Shown one piece after another: positions 38,911 through 50,509 of a stretch of DNA of 64,000 bases. This stretch comes from Eledone cirrhosa. Taxonomy: Eukaryota. Position 1 is the stretch's first letter. Every line of letters begins with the position of its first letter. The DNA is taken from assembly GCA_964016885.1 (NCBI GenBank), contig OZ024740.1:360592001-360656000 (forward strand). The letters are read 5' to 3'. Under the pieces are notes generated by a model. The model did not search any database, was not told the origin of the DNA, and saw only the letters and a list, made by a program, of their open reading frames with translations. Position numbers and translations under genes: made by a program.

Positions 38911-41900
38911 TCATCATCATCATCATCATCAACGTTTAACGTCCGTGTTCCACGCTTGCATGGGTTTGGACGGGGGTAGTCCCACTTGAGGCAAGAGTGA
39001 TTGTCTTGCTCGCATAGGACTGTCTGGCAGGTTTTCTACAGTTGGATGCCCTTCCTAACACCAACCACATTTACAGTGTGGGTCTGGGAGGTTTTTACCG
39101 TGTTGCCTACACGGCCACATTACAGCGTGGACTGTGTGTTTTTTGTCGTGACACCTACACGATCTCATTTGTTTCGGCCTCGATGGCGCGGCACCAACAT
39201 AACTTTACATAGAACGGGGTGGTGTGGATCGGGTGGGGGTGGGGGTGGTGGGACGGGGTGTATTTTGTTAGAGATGCCTACTGGCTGGAGTAGGTTTTAC
39301 TATATATTTAGGTAAGGCGGGTCTTCTCTGTTACTGAGTACCGCCAAAGGTCTCGGTCCAGTGACATTGTCTTGGAGAGGTGTAAGTGTGTGATGTCGGA
39401 GTTTATCAGCTCGTCCCAGGTTTTTCTAGGTCTGCCTATTCCGTGACTACCGTCTATCTTTATTGCCCTGCACTTTGTTATACAGCTATCGACTTTCATG
39501 CGCATCACGTGTCCATACCAACGTAGCCTTCTCTCGAGTAAACAACATCTGATCCCTCTTATCTCTAATTTATTCCTTAGTTCGTTTATGCTTTGCCGTT
39601 CACGTATATTACTGTTACACATCCAGCGGAGCATGCAAGCTTCGTTCCTCTCTAGTCTGCGTATATCCTCTGCACACAATGCCCAGGTCTCACTGCCATG
39701 CAGCATTGCTGTTCGTATGCAGGCATCGTACAACCTGCCTTTCATTTTTAGTGAGAACCCTTTAGCAGCTAATAGTGGTATAAGCTCTCTGAACTTTTTC
39801 CAACCAGTTCTGACTCTAGCTACAGTACTTTCAGAGCACCCTCCCCCACTGCTGATTTTATCGCCCAGGTAACGGAAGCTGTCCACTATTTCTATAGAAC
39901 CCTCTGCGCAATTGAAAGAGCTAGTAGTTTGTGGGCACTTGCTGCTACTTATTGCACCAGAGCACCGGCCACATGTAAAATCTATGTTCTTAGTTAGCTT
40001 ACCTGTGATCCCACTACATCTTTTATGCACCCATACTTTGCATTTAGGACATAAAATGGAGTTTCTACCTACGCCTTTCCTACACACCGAGCACGACCAT
40101 TTCCCCGAAGGGACCGCCGCCTTGTTTTCTTTCCTACAAACTAGTACTTTGGTCTTAGCCAGGTTAATTTTAAGTCCTTTTGACTCTAGGCCGTGCTTCC
40201 ATGTTTGGAATTTCTTCTCTAGCTCGGCCATTGATTCCGCTATGAGTGTCAGGTCGTCTGCGTATAGGAGTTCCCATGGGCAGCCTGTCTTGAACTCCTC
40301 TGTTATAGCCTGAAGGGCAATAATAAATAGTAGTGGACTGAGAACAGAGCCCTGATGGACGCCGACTTTTACGCTAAACTCTTCACTATATTCGTTGTTA
40401 ATTCTAACCTTGCTGACTGTTTCTTTATACATGGCTTGTATAGCCCTCACAAGCCATTCGTCAACGCCTAGTTTTCTAAGAGCCCACCAGATAATGGAGC
40501 GGGGGACTCTGTCGAAGGCTTTCTCCAAGTCGACAAAAGCTAAGTAGAGGGGTTTACCTTTAGCTAGGTACTTCTCCTGTAGTTGTCGTACTATGAAAAG
40601 AGCGTCTGTGGTACTTTTGCCTGACACAAACCCGAACTGCATTTCATCTAGGTCAATTCTCTCTCTGATTAGTTGCGCTATTACTCTTTCCGTGACCTTC
40701 ATGACCTGGTCGATTAATTTAATGCCTCTATAGTTACTCCTATCTAGGGCGTCTCCTTTACCCTTATAACAGTTAACGATGATGCTGCTATGCCAGTCCT
40801 TCGGAACAACCCCGTTCTGTACGACTTGGTTAACTATGCGGGTGACCATGGTGTGTCCCACCGTGCCAGATGCCTTCAGCATCTCAGCAACTATTTCCGA
40901 AGGCCCAGCCGCCTTACCAGTCTTCATATCCTTGATTGCCTTACTTATTATACTCCCCTCGACTAACACTGCTGGTCCCTCTATTGGGTCGATATGGGGG
41001 AGACTGCCTTTCTCCCAATTATTCTCCTCATTTAGAAGCCTTTCATAGTGACACTTCCAAGCTACCTTCTTATCAGCGTCGGTGATGGCAAGTGTGCCAT
41101 CGTCGTTTAGTACACACTTCTCCCCGACAATATCACGGTTTTCCTTGACGCATTGCCTAGCAATCCTGAACACCTCACGTTTTTGGTCATCGCGTTGTAG
41201 AACATGCTTGAACTTTCTTTCCTCAGCTTCCCTTCTTGCTAAGTACACTTGTCTCCTAGCTTCCCTCCTGGCCACTTGATAGTCCTCTCTACTTCCCCCA
41301 TCCCGCCATACTTTCCAAGCCTGCTTTTTGGCCTTAATTGACCCCTCCACCTTACTGTTCCACCACCATGTTACTCTCCTCCTGCCTACAGGCCTGCTCC
41401 AGCCACAGACCTCGTCTGTCGCCAACAGCAGGTTTGCTTTCAGAAATTCCCACTCTCCCTCTATATTGTCCGACTCTAAATGTTCTTCCTTACTGTCGAA
41501 AGCATCAAGTAATATGCTTTGAAATTTATTCCTGGCTGTGGGGTCCTTTAGCTTCCATATTTTCCTCCTGAGGATAGTCCTCTTCTGTTGTCGAGTACGT
41601 CTCGTCCTGACTATGAGGTCGCTAATTATCAGTCTATGTTGGGAGGTGCATTCTTCATGGGGGAGGGATTTAGTGTTAACAACAGACACTCTGTCACGTC
41701 TTCTGGTAAGGATATAATCTACCTGGCTTGTGTGTTCCCCGGATCTATAGGTGATCAGGTGATTGTCACGTTTTTTGAAGTTAGTGTTACAGATAGTTAG
41801 GTTATTTGCATCACAGAATTCCAGGATTCTGGAGCCTTCCTCATTTCTAGTACCAAACCCATAGCCTCCATGGATTTCGTCGTAGCCGTCACAATGTTGT

Positions 41901-42447
41901 CCAACGTGACCATTTAGGTCGCCTGCGATAATTATATAGTCACTGTCGGATATTTGGGAGGTAGTTAGCATCAGTGTCTCATAGAATCTGTCTTTTATAG
42001 TGCCGGGCAGTCCGGATTGGGGTGCGTACTCAGATATTACTGTCACCGTAGTTCTATTGAGGACAAGTCGTATTTTAATTATTCTGTCGTTCACTCTATT
42101 TACGTCTATTATCTTATCTGCCCACTTTTCTGCTACCATGATTCCTACTCCACCCAGCCCATCGTCGTTTCCCACCCAGAAAAGCTTATAACAACGTTTT
42201 TTACCCTCAATGAACCTAGCAGACCCACCCCTCCACCTGGTCTCTTGAATACAACAAGCATCGACCTCCTTACGTTCAAGCATTTCTACAACCTCGTTAG
42301 CGCGACCCTTTAGGGTGCCTACATTTATGGTACCAACTCTGAAGTTTTGGATTGCGTTTGGGGGTTGGGGGCGGTGAGGGGCGGGGGGCGATGGGGTTAT
42401 GTTAGCCGTCCGCGGTCGAAACAATGAGGAGTGCTCGCATTCTCGGC
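38911..42447 (-). mobile_element. RTE LINE family B, near full-length
   Basis: 3' UTR with (ATG)n tail plus an uninterrupted ORF. Confidence 0.95.
39308..42424 (-). CDS. RTE ORF: AP endonuclease + reverse transcriptase + PHD finger (1038 aa, intact)
   Basis: TINVGTL, CIQET, GDLNGH, DYIL, SQH (APE); LEKAFD, QGSVLSP, YADD (RT); CSVC..CPKC..HKRC..CGRC; start codon is TTG, true start uncertain. Confidence 0.9.
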   Translation of the reverse strand: MFRPRTANITPSPPAPHRPQPPNAIQNFRVGTINVGTLKGRANEVVEMLERKEVDACCIQETRWRGGSARFIEGKKRCYKLFWVGNDDGLGGVGIMVAEKWADKIIDVNRVNDRIIKIRLVLNRTTVTVISEYAPQSGLPGTIKDRFYETLMLTTSQISDSDYIIIAGDLNGHVGQHCDGYDEIHGGYGFGTRNEEGSRILEFCDANNLTICNTNFKKRDNHLITYRSGEHTSQVDYILTRRRDRVSVVNTKSLPHEECTSQHRLIISDLIVRTRRTRQQKRTILRRKIWKLKDPTARNKFQSILLDAFDSKEEHLESDNIEGEWEFLKANLLLATDEVCGWSRPVGRRRVTWWWNSKVEGSIKAKKQAWKVWRDGGSREDYQVARREARRQVYLARREAEERKFKHVLQRDDQKREVFRIARQCVKENRDIVGEKCVLNDDGTLAITDADKKVAWKCHYERLLNEENNWEKGSLPHIDPIEGPAVLVEGSIISKAIKDMKTGKAAGPSEIVAEMLKASGTVGHTMVTRIVNQVVQNGVVPKDWHSSIIVNCYKGKGDALDRSNYRGIKLIDQVMKVTERVIAQLIRERIDLDEMQFGFVSGKSTTDALFIVRQLQEKYLAKGKPLYLAFVDLEKAFDRVPRSIIWWALRKLGVDEWLVRAIQAMYKETVSKVRINNEYSEEFSVKVGVHQGSVLSPLLFIIALQAITEEFKTGCPWELLYADDLTLIAESMAELEKKFQTWKHGLESKGLKINLAKTKVLVCRKENKAAVPSGKWSCSVCRKGVGRNSILCPKCKVWVHKRCSGITGKLTKNIDFTCGRCSGAISSSKCPQTTSSFNCAEGSIEIVDSFRYLGDKISSGGGCSESTVARVRTGWKKFRELIPLLAAKGFSLKMKGRLYDACIRTAMLHGSETWALCAEDIRRLERNEACMLRWMCNSNIRERQSINELRNKLEIRGIRCCLLERRLRWYGHVMRMKVDSCITKCRAIKIDGSHGIGRPRKTWDELINSDITHLHLSKTMSLDRDLWRYSVTEKTRLT

Positions 42448-42449
42448 TC

Positions 42450-42565
42450 TTTCCATTCTGAGTTCAAATCCCGCCATGGTCAAGTTTGCCTTTCATCCCT
42501 ACGGGGTCGATAAAATAAAGTACCAGTAATTGCTGGCCTTGTGCCAAAAGTAGAAACAATTATAT
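42450..42565 (+). mobile_element. Nin-type SINE, 5'-truncated
   Basis: B box, Nin core and tail. Confidence 0.8.
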
Positions 42566-43249
42566 ATAAATATATATTATATATACATACATATATATAT
42601 CATATATATCATATATAATATATATATATATAAAATCAAATTCTCCGTTTTCCTCTCTGATTTAAATTATTATGTTTTTAATATGTCTAAATTTGCTGGA
42701 CCTTTCCTAAAAACTAAACTTCTCCTAGTCAAATTCTCCTTCTAGTATTGTTATTAAATAATTATTCTAGAACCTTCCTGCATCTCACTCGCAAACTTTG
42801 TAAACACTTGCTCCCTCTCTCACCCCCCCCCCCCCCTAATCGCAAGTATAAAATAAATATTGCTGGCTTCCAACGACAGGATTGATCTATCTAATCTATC
42901 TTAAGGCTGATCTGTTGATTTTGAGAATGTAAGCAAAACCTGTCTTTTCTTTATTTCCATAGTCTCCTCAATTAAGCAGTGTTTTTAAAATCTTATTCAT
43001 ACCACTCTAAAATTCAAATTCTCCGTTTTCCTCTCTGATTTAAATTATGATGTTTTTAATATGTCTAAATTTGTTGGACCTTTCCTAAAAACTAAACTTC
43101 TCCGAAAGTCACCCATTTCCCGCCCTCCCACCTCCACACACCACTATTGCTATATGGTCCAATCATAACTCATCGACTTTAGTAAGTTCTCTAACAAATC
43201 AGTATAGCAAAGCTACAACCCCGGTTACTACTCCTTAAGTTTAGACCTG

Positions 43250-45553
43250 TTTGATGGGTTGACTGCGGAAATTTGAAAAGTCTAAGCACTCAATGACAAT
43301 GTCACAGATAAAGATAAATTCATCTCCTGCTGCAAGACGAGAATACAAGGACCCCTCTTTATTTCAGACACGGATGACCAACAAAATCCCGTCTCCCACA
43401 CCCCTCCATCCCACCCTCCCAGCTTCAGAGTTGGTACCATGAACGTAGGCACATTGAAAGGTCGCTCAAATGAGGTTGTAGAGATGCTTGAACGTAAAGA
43501 AGTTGATGTTTGTTGTATTCAAGAGACTAGGTGGAGAGGGGGTTCTGCCAGATTCATCGTGGGTAAAAAACGTTGCTATAAACTTTTCTGGGTGGGAAAT
43601 GACAACGGACAGGGTGGTGTAGGAATTATGCTAGCTGAAAAATGGGTAGATAAGGTAATTGACGTAAATAGAAAGTTCAAGAAAGTTCAAGCATGTTCTG
43701 CAACGTGAGGACCAAAATCGTGAGGTGTTCAGGATTGCTAGACAATGTGTCAAGGAAAACCGTGATATTGTCGGGGAGAAGTGTGTCCGTAATGATAATG
43801 GTGTACTTGCGCTCACTGATACTGATAAGAAGATAGCCTGGAAGTGTCACTACGAGAGACTATTAAATGAGGAGAATACATGAGAAAAAGATAGTCTGCC
43901 CCAAATTGATCCAATAGAAGGACCAGCGGTGCAAGTTAAAGGTAGTATAATAAGTAAGGCAATCAAAGATATGAAGACAGGCAAGGCATCTGGGCCTTCG
44001 GAGATAGTTTCTGAGATGTTGAAGGCACCTGGTATGGTGGGACACACTATGGTCACCCGTATAGTGAACCAAGTAATACAGAATGGGGTCATACCGAAAG
44101 ACTGGCGTAGCAGCAACATCATTAACTGCTACAAAGGTAAAGGGAATGCTCTAGATAGGGGAAACTATAGAGGCATTAAGTTAGTTGACCAGGTCATGAA
44201 GGTCACAGAAAGAGTTATAGCGCAACTAATCAGAGAGCGAATTGATCTAGATGAAATGCAGTTTGGGTTTGTGTCAGGTAAAAGTACCACAGACGCTCTT
44301 TTCCTTGTACGACAACTACAAGAGAAGTACCTAGCTAAAAGTAAACCCCTCTACTTAGCTTTTGTAGACCTGGAGAAAGCTTTTGACAGAGTCCTCCGCT
44401 CCATTATCTGGTGGGCTCTTAGAAAACTAGGTGTGGATGAATGGCTTGTGAGAGCTATACAAGCTATGTATAATGAAACAGTCAGTAAGGTTAGAATTAA
44501 CAATGAATATTGTGAAGAATTTAGTGTAAAAGTTGGCGTTCATCAAGTCTCTGTCCTTAGCCCCATCTTATTTATTATTGCCCTTCAGGCTATAACAGAG
44601 GAGTTCAAGACCGGCTGCCCATGGGAACTCCTATACGCAGATGATCTAACGCTCATAGCTGAATCAATGGCTGAACTAGAGAAGAAATTCGAAACATGGA
44701 AGCAGGGCCTAGAACCAAAAGGCCTTAAAGTTAATTTGTCTAAGACCTAGTTTGTAGAAAGGAAAATAGGGCACAGGTGCCCTCAGAGAAATGGACATGC
44801 TCAGTGTGTAGGAAAGGAGTAGGCAGAAATTCCATTTTATGTCCCAAATGCAAAGTATGAGTACATAAAAGATGTAGTGGGATCACAGGTAAACTGTCTA
44901 AGAACGTACACTTTATATGTGGCCAATGCTCAGGTGCAATAAGTAGCAAGTGTCCAAAGGATACTAGCTCCTTCCATTGCCCAGATGGTTCTATAGAAAT
45001 AGTAGACACTTTCCGTTACCTGGGTGATGAAATCAGCAGTGGTGGAGGGTGTTCTGAAAGTACAGTAGCCAGAGTCAGAACGAGATGGAAAAAGTTCAGA
45101 GAGCTGTTGGCCACAAAAGGTTTCTCTCTAAAAATGAAAGGCAGATTGTATGATGCCTGTATACGAACAGCAATGCTACATGGCAGTGAGACATGGGCAT
45201 TACATGCAGAGGACCTGCGTAGGCTGGAAAGGAACGAAGCATCCATGCTCCGTTGGATGTGTAATAGTAGCCAGAGTCAGAACGGCAAAGCATAAATGAA
45301 CTAAGTGAGAAATTAGGAATAAGAGGGATCAGTTGCTGTTTACTCGAGAGAAGACTACGTTGGTATGGCCACGTGATGCACATGAATGACGACAGCTGCA
45401 TAAAAAAGTGCAGGGCGATCAAAATTGATGGTAGTTACGGAGTAGGTAGACCCAGAAAAACCTGGGATGATCTGAGAAATTCCAACCTCACACACTTACA
45501 TCGCTAAGACAATGTCTCTGGAGCGAGATCTTTGGCGCTACGCAGTAATACAG
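43250..45553 (+). mobile_element. RTE family B-related copy with internal deletion
   Basis: APE N-terminus (43439) jumps from IDVNR to KFKHVLQR near 43670-43680; frameshifts and stops. Confidence 0.9.
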
Positions 45554-46932
45554 AAGGAATTTAGCGTACAGGTTGGTGTCCACCAGGACTCTGTTCTTAG
45601 CCCTCTCCTGTTCATCATAGTCCTGCAGGCAATAACGGAGGAGTTTAAGACCGGACGCCCATGGGAACTCCTGTATGCTGATGACCTCGCACTTATAGCT
45701 GAATCTATGGTAGAACTAGAGAAGAAATTCCAAACTTGGAAGCAGGGACTAGAAAGAAAGGGTCTCAAAGTCAACATGACAAAGACTAAGGTCCTTGTAA
45801 GTAGACGAGAAAACAGAACCCAGATCCCCTCAGGGAAATGGCCTTGCTCAGTATGTAGGAAAGGTGTAGGTAGGAACTCCATTCTCTGCCCCAAATGCAA
45901 ACAATGGGTACACAAGAGATGTAGCGGGATCTCAGGAAGCTTAATTAAGAATGTAGGCTTCACATGCAGCAGCTGTACTGGGACAGCAAGCAGCAAACAG
46001 CCACAGGAAACAAGTACCACCAATCTCTGGGAGGGCTCTGTAGAGACAGTAGACAGCTTCTGCTACCTAGGTGACCGAATTAGCAGCGGAGGTGGGTGTT
46101 CAGAAAGTACAATAACTAGGGTAAGAACGGGATGGAAGAAGTTCAGGGAACTACTACCACTGCTAGCTGCAAAAGGCTTCTCCCTCAAAATGAAAGGCAG
46201 ACTGTATGATGCGTGTATCCGAACAGCAATGTTACATGGTAGTGAGACCTGGGCGCTGAAGGTGGAAGACTTACGTAGATTAGAGAGAAATGAAGCCTGC
46301 ATGCTCCGATGGATGTGTAATAGTAATATACGTGAACGACAAAGCATAAATGAATTGAGAGATAGACTGAGCATAAGAGGAATCAAATGCTGTGTGCAGG
46401 AGAGGCGGTTGCGTATGAAGGATGACAGCTGCATAAAAAGGTGCAGAGCACTAGAAGTCAATGGAAACCGCGGAGTGGGGAGACCCAAGATGACCTGGGA
46501 TGAGGTGATAAAAGCCGACCTTACCCAATTACACCTCTGGTGTCACGCAGTAATACAGAGTACCCGACCTCCCATGGGTACAAGCTGAAGCATATAGACA
46601 ATATGCCCCCACACCCTCCCACTGCAAGGTGGTCGTGGAGGTGCCACAACAAAAAAGCACCCAGCCCACACTGTAAAGTGGACGTGTAGGCGCCACGAAA
46701 AAGCACCCAGCCCACACTGTAAAGTGGACGTGTAGGCGCCACGAAAAAGCACCCAGCACTCACTGTAATGAGGTTGGTGTTAGGAAGGGCATCCAGCTGT
46801 AGAAATCAAGCCAAATCAGTTCCTGCATGAGCAAGGCATGGTCAGCCGACCAGACACTGCCCACAACAGGACAACCCGTCTAACCCATGCTAGCGTGGAA
46901 GAACGGACGTAAAACGGTGATGATGATGATGA
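45554..46932 (+). mobile_element. RTE family A, 5'-truncated
   Basis: Reverse-complement match to ~31065-32447; (ATG)n tail. Confidence 0.93.
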
Positions 46933-46974
46933 TATATATTATATATATATATATATTAATATATATTATATATG

Positions 46975-47270
46975 GCATGGGTGATGTGTTGTTTCCTTGA
47001 GCAAGACACTATTTCACATTGCTCCAGTTTACTCAGCTGTAGAAATGAGATGATAGGACTGGGTTCCCTATCATTCCACTGCAAAGTGGTCGTGGAGATG
47101 CCACGGCAAAAAAGCACCCAGCCCACACTGTAAAGTGGACGTGTAGGCACCATGGAAAAAAAGAACCCAGCAGTCACTGCAAATGAAGTTAGTATTAGGA
47201 AGCCAAAATCAGTTCCCGTCCCACCCTTGTAAGCAGGGAAAAGCGGACGTAAAATGATGATGATGATGAT
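46975..47270 (+). mobile_element. Meta-type SINE, 5'-truncated
   Basis: Matches ~4208-4478. Confidence 0.8.
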
Positions 47271-47345
47271 ATATATATATATATGTATATCCTTCTCTAC
47301 TCCCACTCTTTTTCCAAGCCTTCCATGCTAGTCTTTTGTCTCTAA

Positions 47346-49400
47346 GGCTATTAGAGACAAAAGACTAGCATGGAAGGCTTGGAAAAAGGGTGGGAGTAGA
47401 GAAGGGTATGCAGTTGCTAAGAGAGAAGCTAGACATCAGGTGTACTTAACACGCAGGGAGGCTGAGAGTAGGAGGTTTGCCAATGTTCTGCGACGGGAAG
47501 ATCAGAGGTGTGCGGTGTTCCACATTGCAAGGCAGTGTGTCAATGCAAATCAGGATGTTGTTGGTGATAAATGTGTCTGGAATGATGCCGGTGTACTTAG
47601 TGTCACGAATGATCAGAAAAAGGAGGCCTGGAAATGTCATTACGAGAGACTGATGAATGTGGAGAACGAATGGGAGAGAGAGAAATTACCCTCAGTAGAT
47701 CCGACAGAGGGACCAGCTATTGAGATTGACGAATATAGGGTCCAAGAGGCGATTAAGGAAATGAAAAATGGTAAGGCTGCTCGACCGTCAGGGATAGTTG
47801 CTGAGATGTTGAGGCATCAGGGGACGTAGGCACTAAACTGGTTGCACGCATCATCAATCAGGCTATATATGGTGGTGTCATACCCAATGACTGGTGCAGC
47901 AGCATTCTCATAAATTGCTACAAAGATAAAGGGGATGCTCTGGAGAGGAGCAATTATAGGGGTATAAAACTGATGGATCAGGTTATGAAAGTGGCAGAAA
48001 GGGATATTAGCACAACTAATTAGAGAAAGGGTCAAACTAGATGAGATGCAGTTTGGTTTTGTGCCTGGGAAAAGTACAACAGATGCCCTCTTCTTGGTGA
48101 GACAATTACAAGAGAGGTTCTTAAAGAAGAATAAGCCACTATACTTAGCCTTTGTTGACCTAGAGAAGGCCTTTGATAAGGTACCCCGATCTGTCATCTG
48201 GTGGTCCTTAGGAAACTAGGTGTTGCAGAATGGCTTGTGAGAACAGTACAAACTTTGTACAGAAGTGCTGTCAGGGTAGGAATGGAGTTTAGTGAGGAAT
48301 TCCAGATACAAGTAGTACATCAAGGTTCGGCCCTCAGCCCGCTCTTGTTCATTATAGTCCTCCAAGCCATAACAGAGGAGTTTATGACTGGCTGACCATG
48401 GGAACTTCTTTATGCTGACGATCTGGTTCTTATAGCAGAATCAGTAGAGGAGCTAGAGAATAAATTCTGGCTATGGAAACAGCAGTTGGAATCAAGAGGA
48501 CTGAGAGTGAATCTAGCTAAGACAAAAGTGTTGATGAGTAGAAAAGAGGACAAAACTCTGATTCTGTCAGGGAAATGGCTAGCCATGTTCGATATGCAGA
48601 AAAGGAACTGGCATAAATTCTATAAAATGCACACAATGCAGATCCTGGGTACACAAGAGATGTAGTGGGATAGCAGGCAAACTAACAGGTAGGGAGAAAT
48701 ACGTATGCAGTAGATGTACAGGGAAATTAGACAGTAGAAGTCGCATTGATAGACACATTTTTCAAATGCAGGCGGGTGCTATAGAAGCGGTGGATAGCTT
48801 ACGGTACCTGGGAGATCAGATTAGCATGGGAGGGGGGTGTTCTGAGGCCATAGTATCTAGAATAAGGACGGATTAGAAGTTTAGGGAGTTGCTTCCTCTG
48901 CTGAAGAAGAAGGGTTTCTCCCTGTGTACGAAAGGCCGGTTATATGATGCATATGTGAGGAGCGCGATACTGCATGGTAGTGAGACATGGGCAGCAACTG
49001 CAGAGGATATGCGACGGCTGGCGAGAAATGAGGCAAGCATGCTCCATTGGATGTGCAATGTCAATGTGCGTGAACGACCCAGCATAAATATGCTGAAAGA
49101 GAAACTGTGTCTGAGAGGGATAGAATGTAGTGTGCGAGAGAGGAGACTGAGGTGGTATGGACATGTGATGCGCATGGAGGATGACCGATGGGTGAAGAAG
49201 TGCCAGTTGAAGGAAGACGTGATAGAGGTAGACCACGAAAAACATGGGCGGAGGTGGTGAGAACAGACCTCAGATCGCTGAAGCTCACGGTGGAGATGAC
49301 GAAGGACCGTGACAAGTGGAGAGATACTGTGCTGAATAAGACCCGTCCCACCCTTGCAAGCAGGGAAAAGCGGACGTAAAATGATGATGATGATGATGAT
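47346..49400 (+). mobile_element. RTE LINE family C, degenerate
   Basis: Frameshifted RT/PHD fragments; 3' end CCCACCCTTGCAAGCAGGGAAAAGCGGACGTAAAATGATG. Confidence 0.9.
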
Positions 49401-49608
49401 AATATATATATATATTTATATATATATTTATATATATATTTATATATATTATTAGAAAGTGAGGTTTTTTTACAAAATGAAAAATAACCGAGGTGTCCTA
49501 CACGAGTGAAAGTATAAAGAAAAAAAGATGAAATCGAAAATGCAACTGGAGTCTTATTTAAAAAAAAATATTATTTATTTGGTTCCTCTACCCTCCATCT
49601 CAACTCTA

Positions 49609-49644
49609 CTTTTGAAAAGCAGAAGAACTGCGAAACCGGTAGAG
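49609..49644 (+). ncRNA. Degenerate minimal hammerhead
   Basis: CUU-UUGAAAA-GCAG-AAGAA-CUGC-GAAA-CCGG-UA-GAG; palindromic CCGG; two core mutations. Confidence 0.45.
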
Positions 49645-50124
49645 GAACCAAATAAATATATACTGGCCTCTCTGATTTGCCTATCTGCTGAGTCATTTCT
49701 ATGTTTAGATATTCTAATTTCTATGTTGTCTATAGAAATTAGAATATCTAAACATAGAAATGACCCAGCAGATAGGCAAATCAGAGAGGCCAGTGAAATA
49801 GAAATTAGAAGACCAAAGCTAAACAGAAAGAATGAATGGAATAACAACAACACCCAAACAAACAACACTGACCTAAGAGAAGTATAAATAAGTAAATAAA
49901 ATAAGATAAATAAATAAATAAATAAATACATACACAAGCACAATAACAACAAGCACATAAACACACACTAGTCACCCATCACACAGCAAACATAACACTA
50001 TACACACACGCAAACGCAAAGAAGACGAAATAAAATAAACAAACAAGCAAATAAATAAATAAATATATAGACAGACTGAATAAAAATGGCGTAGACATAC
50101 AACACAACAGGAGGAAAATATAAC

Positions 50125-50166
50125 ACCACTGACGATGTTGCAGATGTGCAACGAAAGATTTATGAT
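50125..50166 (+). ncRNA. Minimal type I hammerhead-like motif in pLTR
   Basis: ACCA-CUGACGA-U-GUUGCA-GAUG-UGCAAC-GAAA-GAUU-UA-UGAU. Confidence 0.55.
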
Positions 50167-50362
50167 AAACTATATATATGTGTTTGTGTCTATATTGTAT
50201 CTGTATTATTTTTGACCGTCGGTCAGTCAATGGCAACATTGAGGACCGAGTAAGTTAGATTACCAATATAAAAGACAGCGAGAAGCGAAAACCAACCAAA
50301 CAGTGAGTGTGTTCTGTTATTAATTCTGGCAATATTACACAAATATGACCCTCCCAAAGTAT

Positions 50363-50399
<37 letters not shown>

Positions 50400-50509
50400 T
50401 ATAGAGAGAGAGAAAGAAAGAGAGAGAGAAAGAGAGAGAGAACTTCTTAGAATGTCTATATGCAGTCCAAAGAAGTAGCAGTTTGCTCTGTTTCTGTGAT
50501 TGGTTATTT

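Larger units (their letters stand above)
49570..50369 (+). mobile_element. Penelope-like element 3' end: GIY-YIG C-terminus plus pLTR
   Basis: RQIREASEIEIRRPKLNR (PLE endonuclease end motif); fold-back 49662-49794; hammerhead-like motifs; terminus GACCCTCCCAAAGTATAACAATA-(TA)n. Confidence 0.7.

Noticed and set aside
31615-48197. Many antisense ORFs over RTE copies
   Set aside because: Shadow frames opposite the RT coding strand
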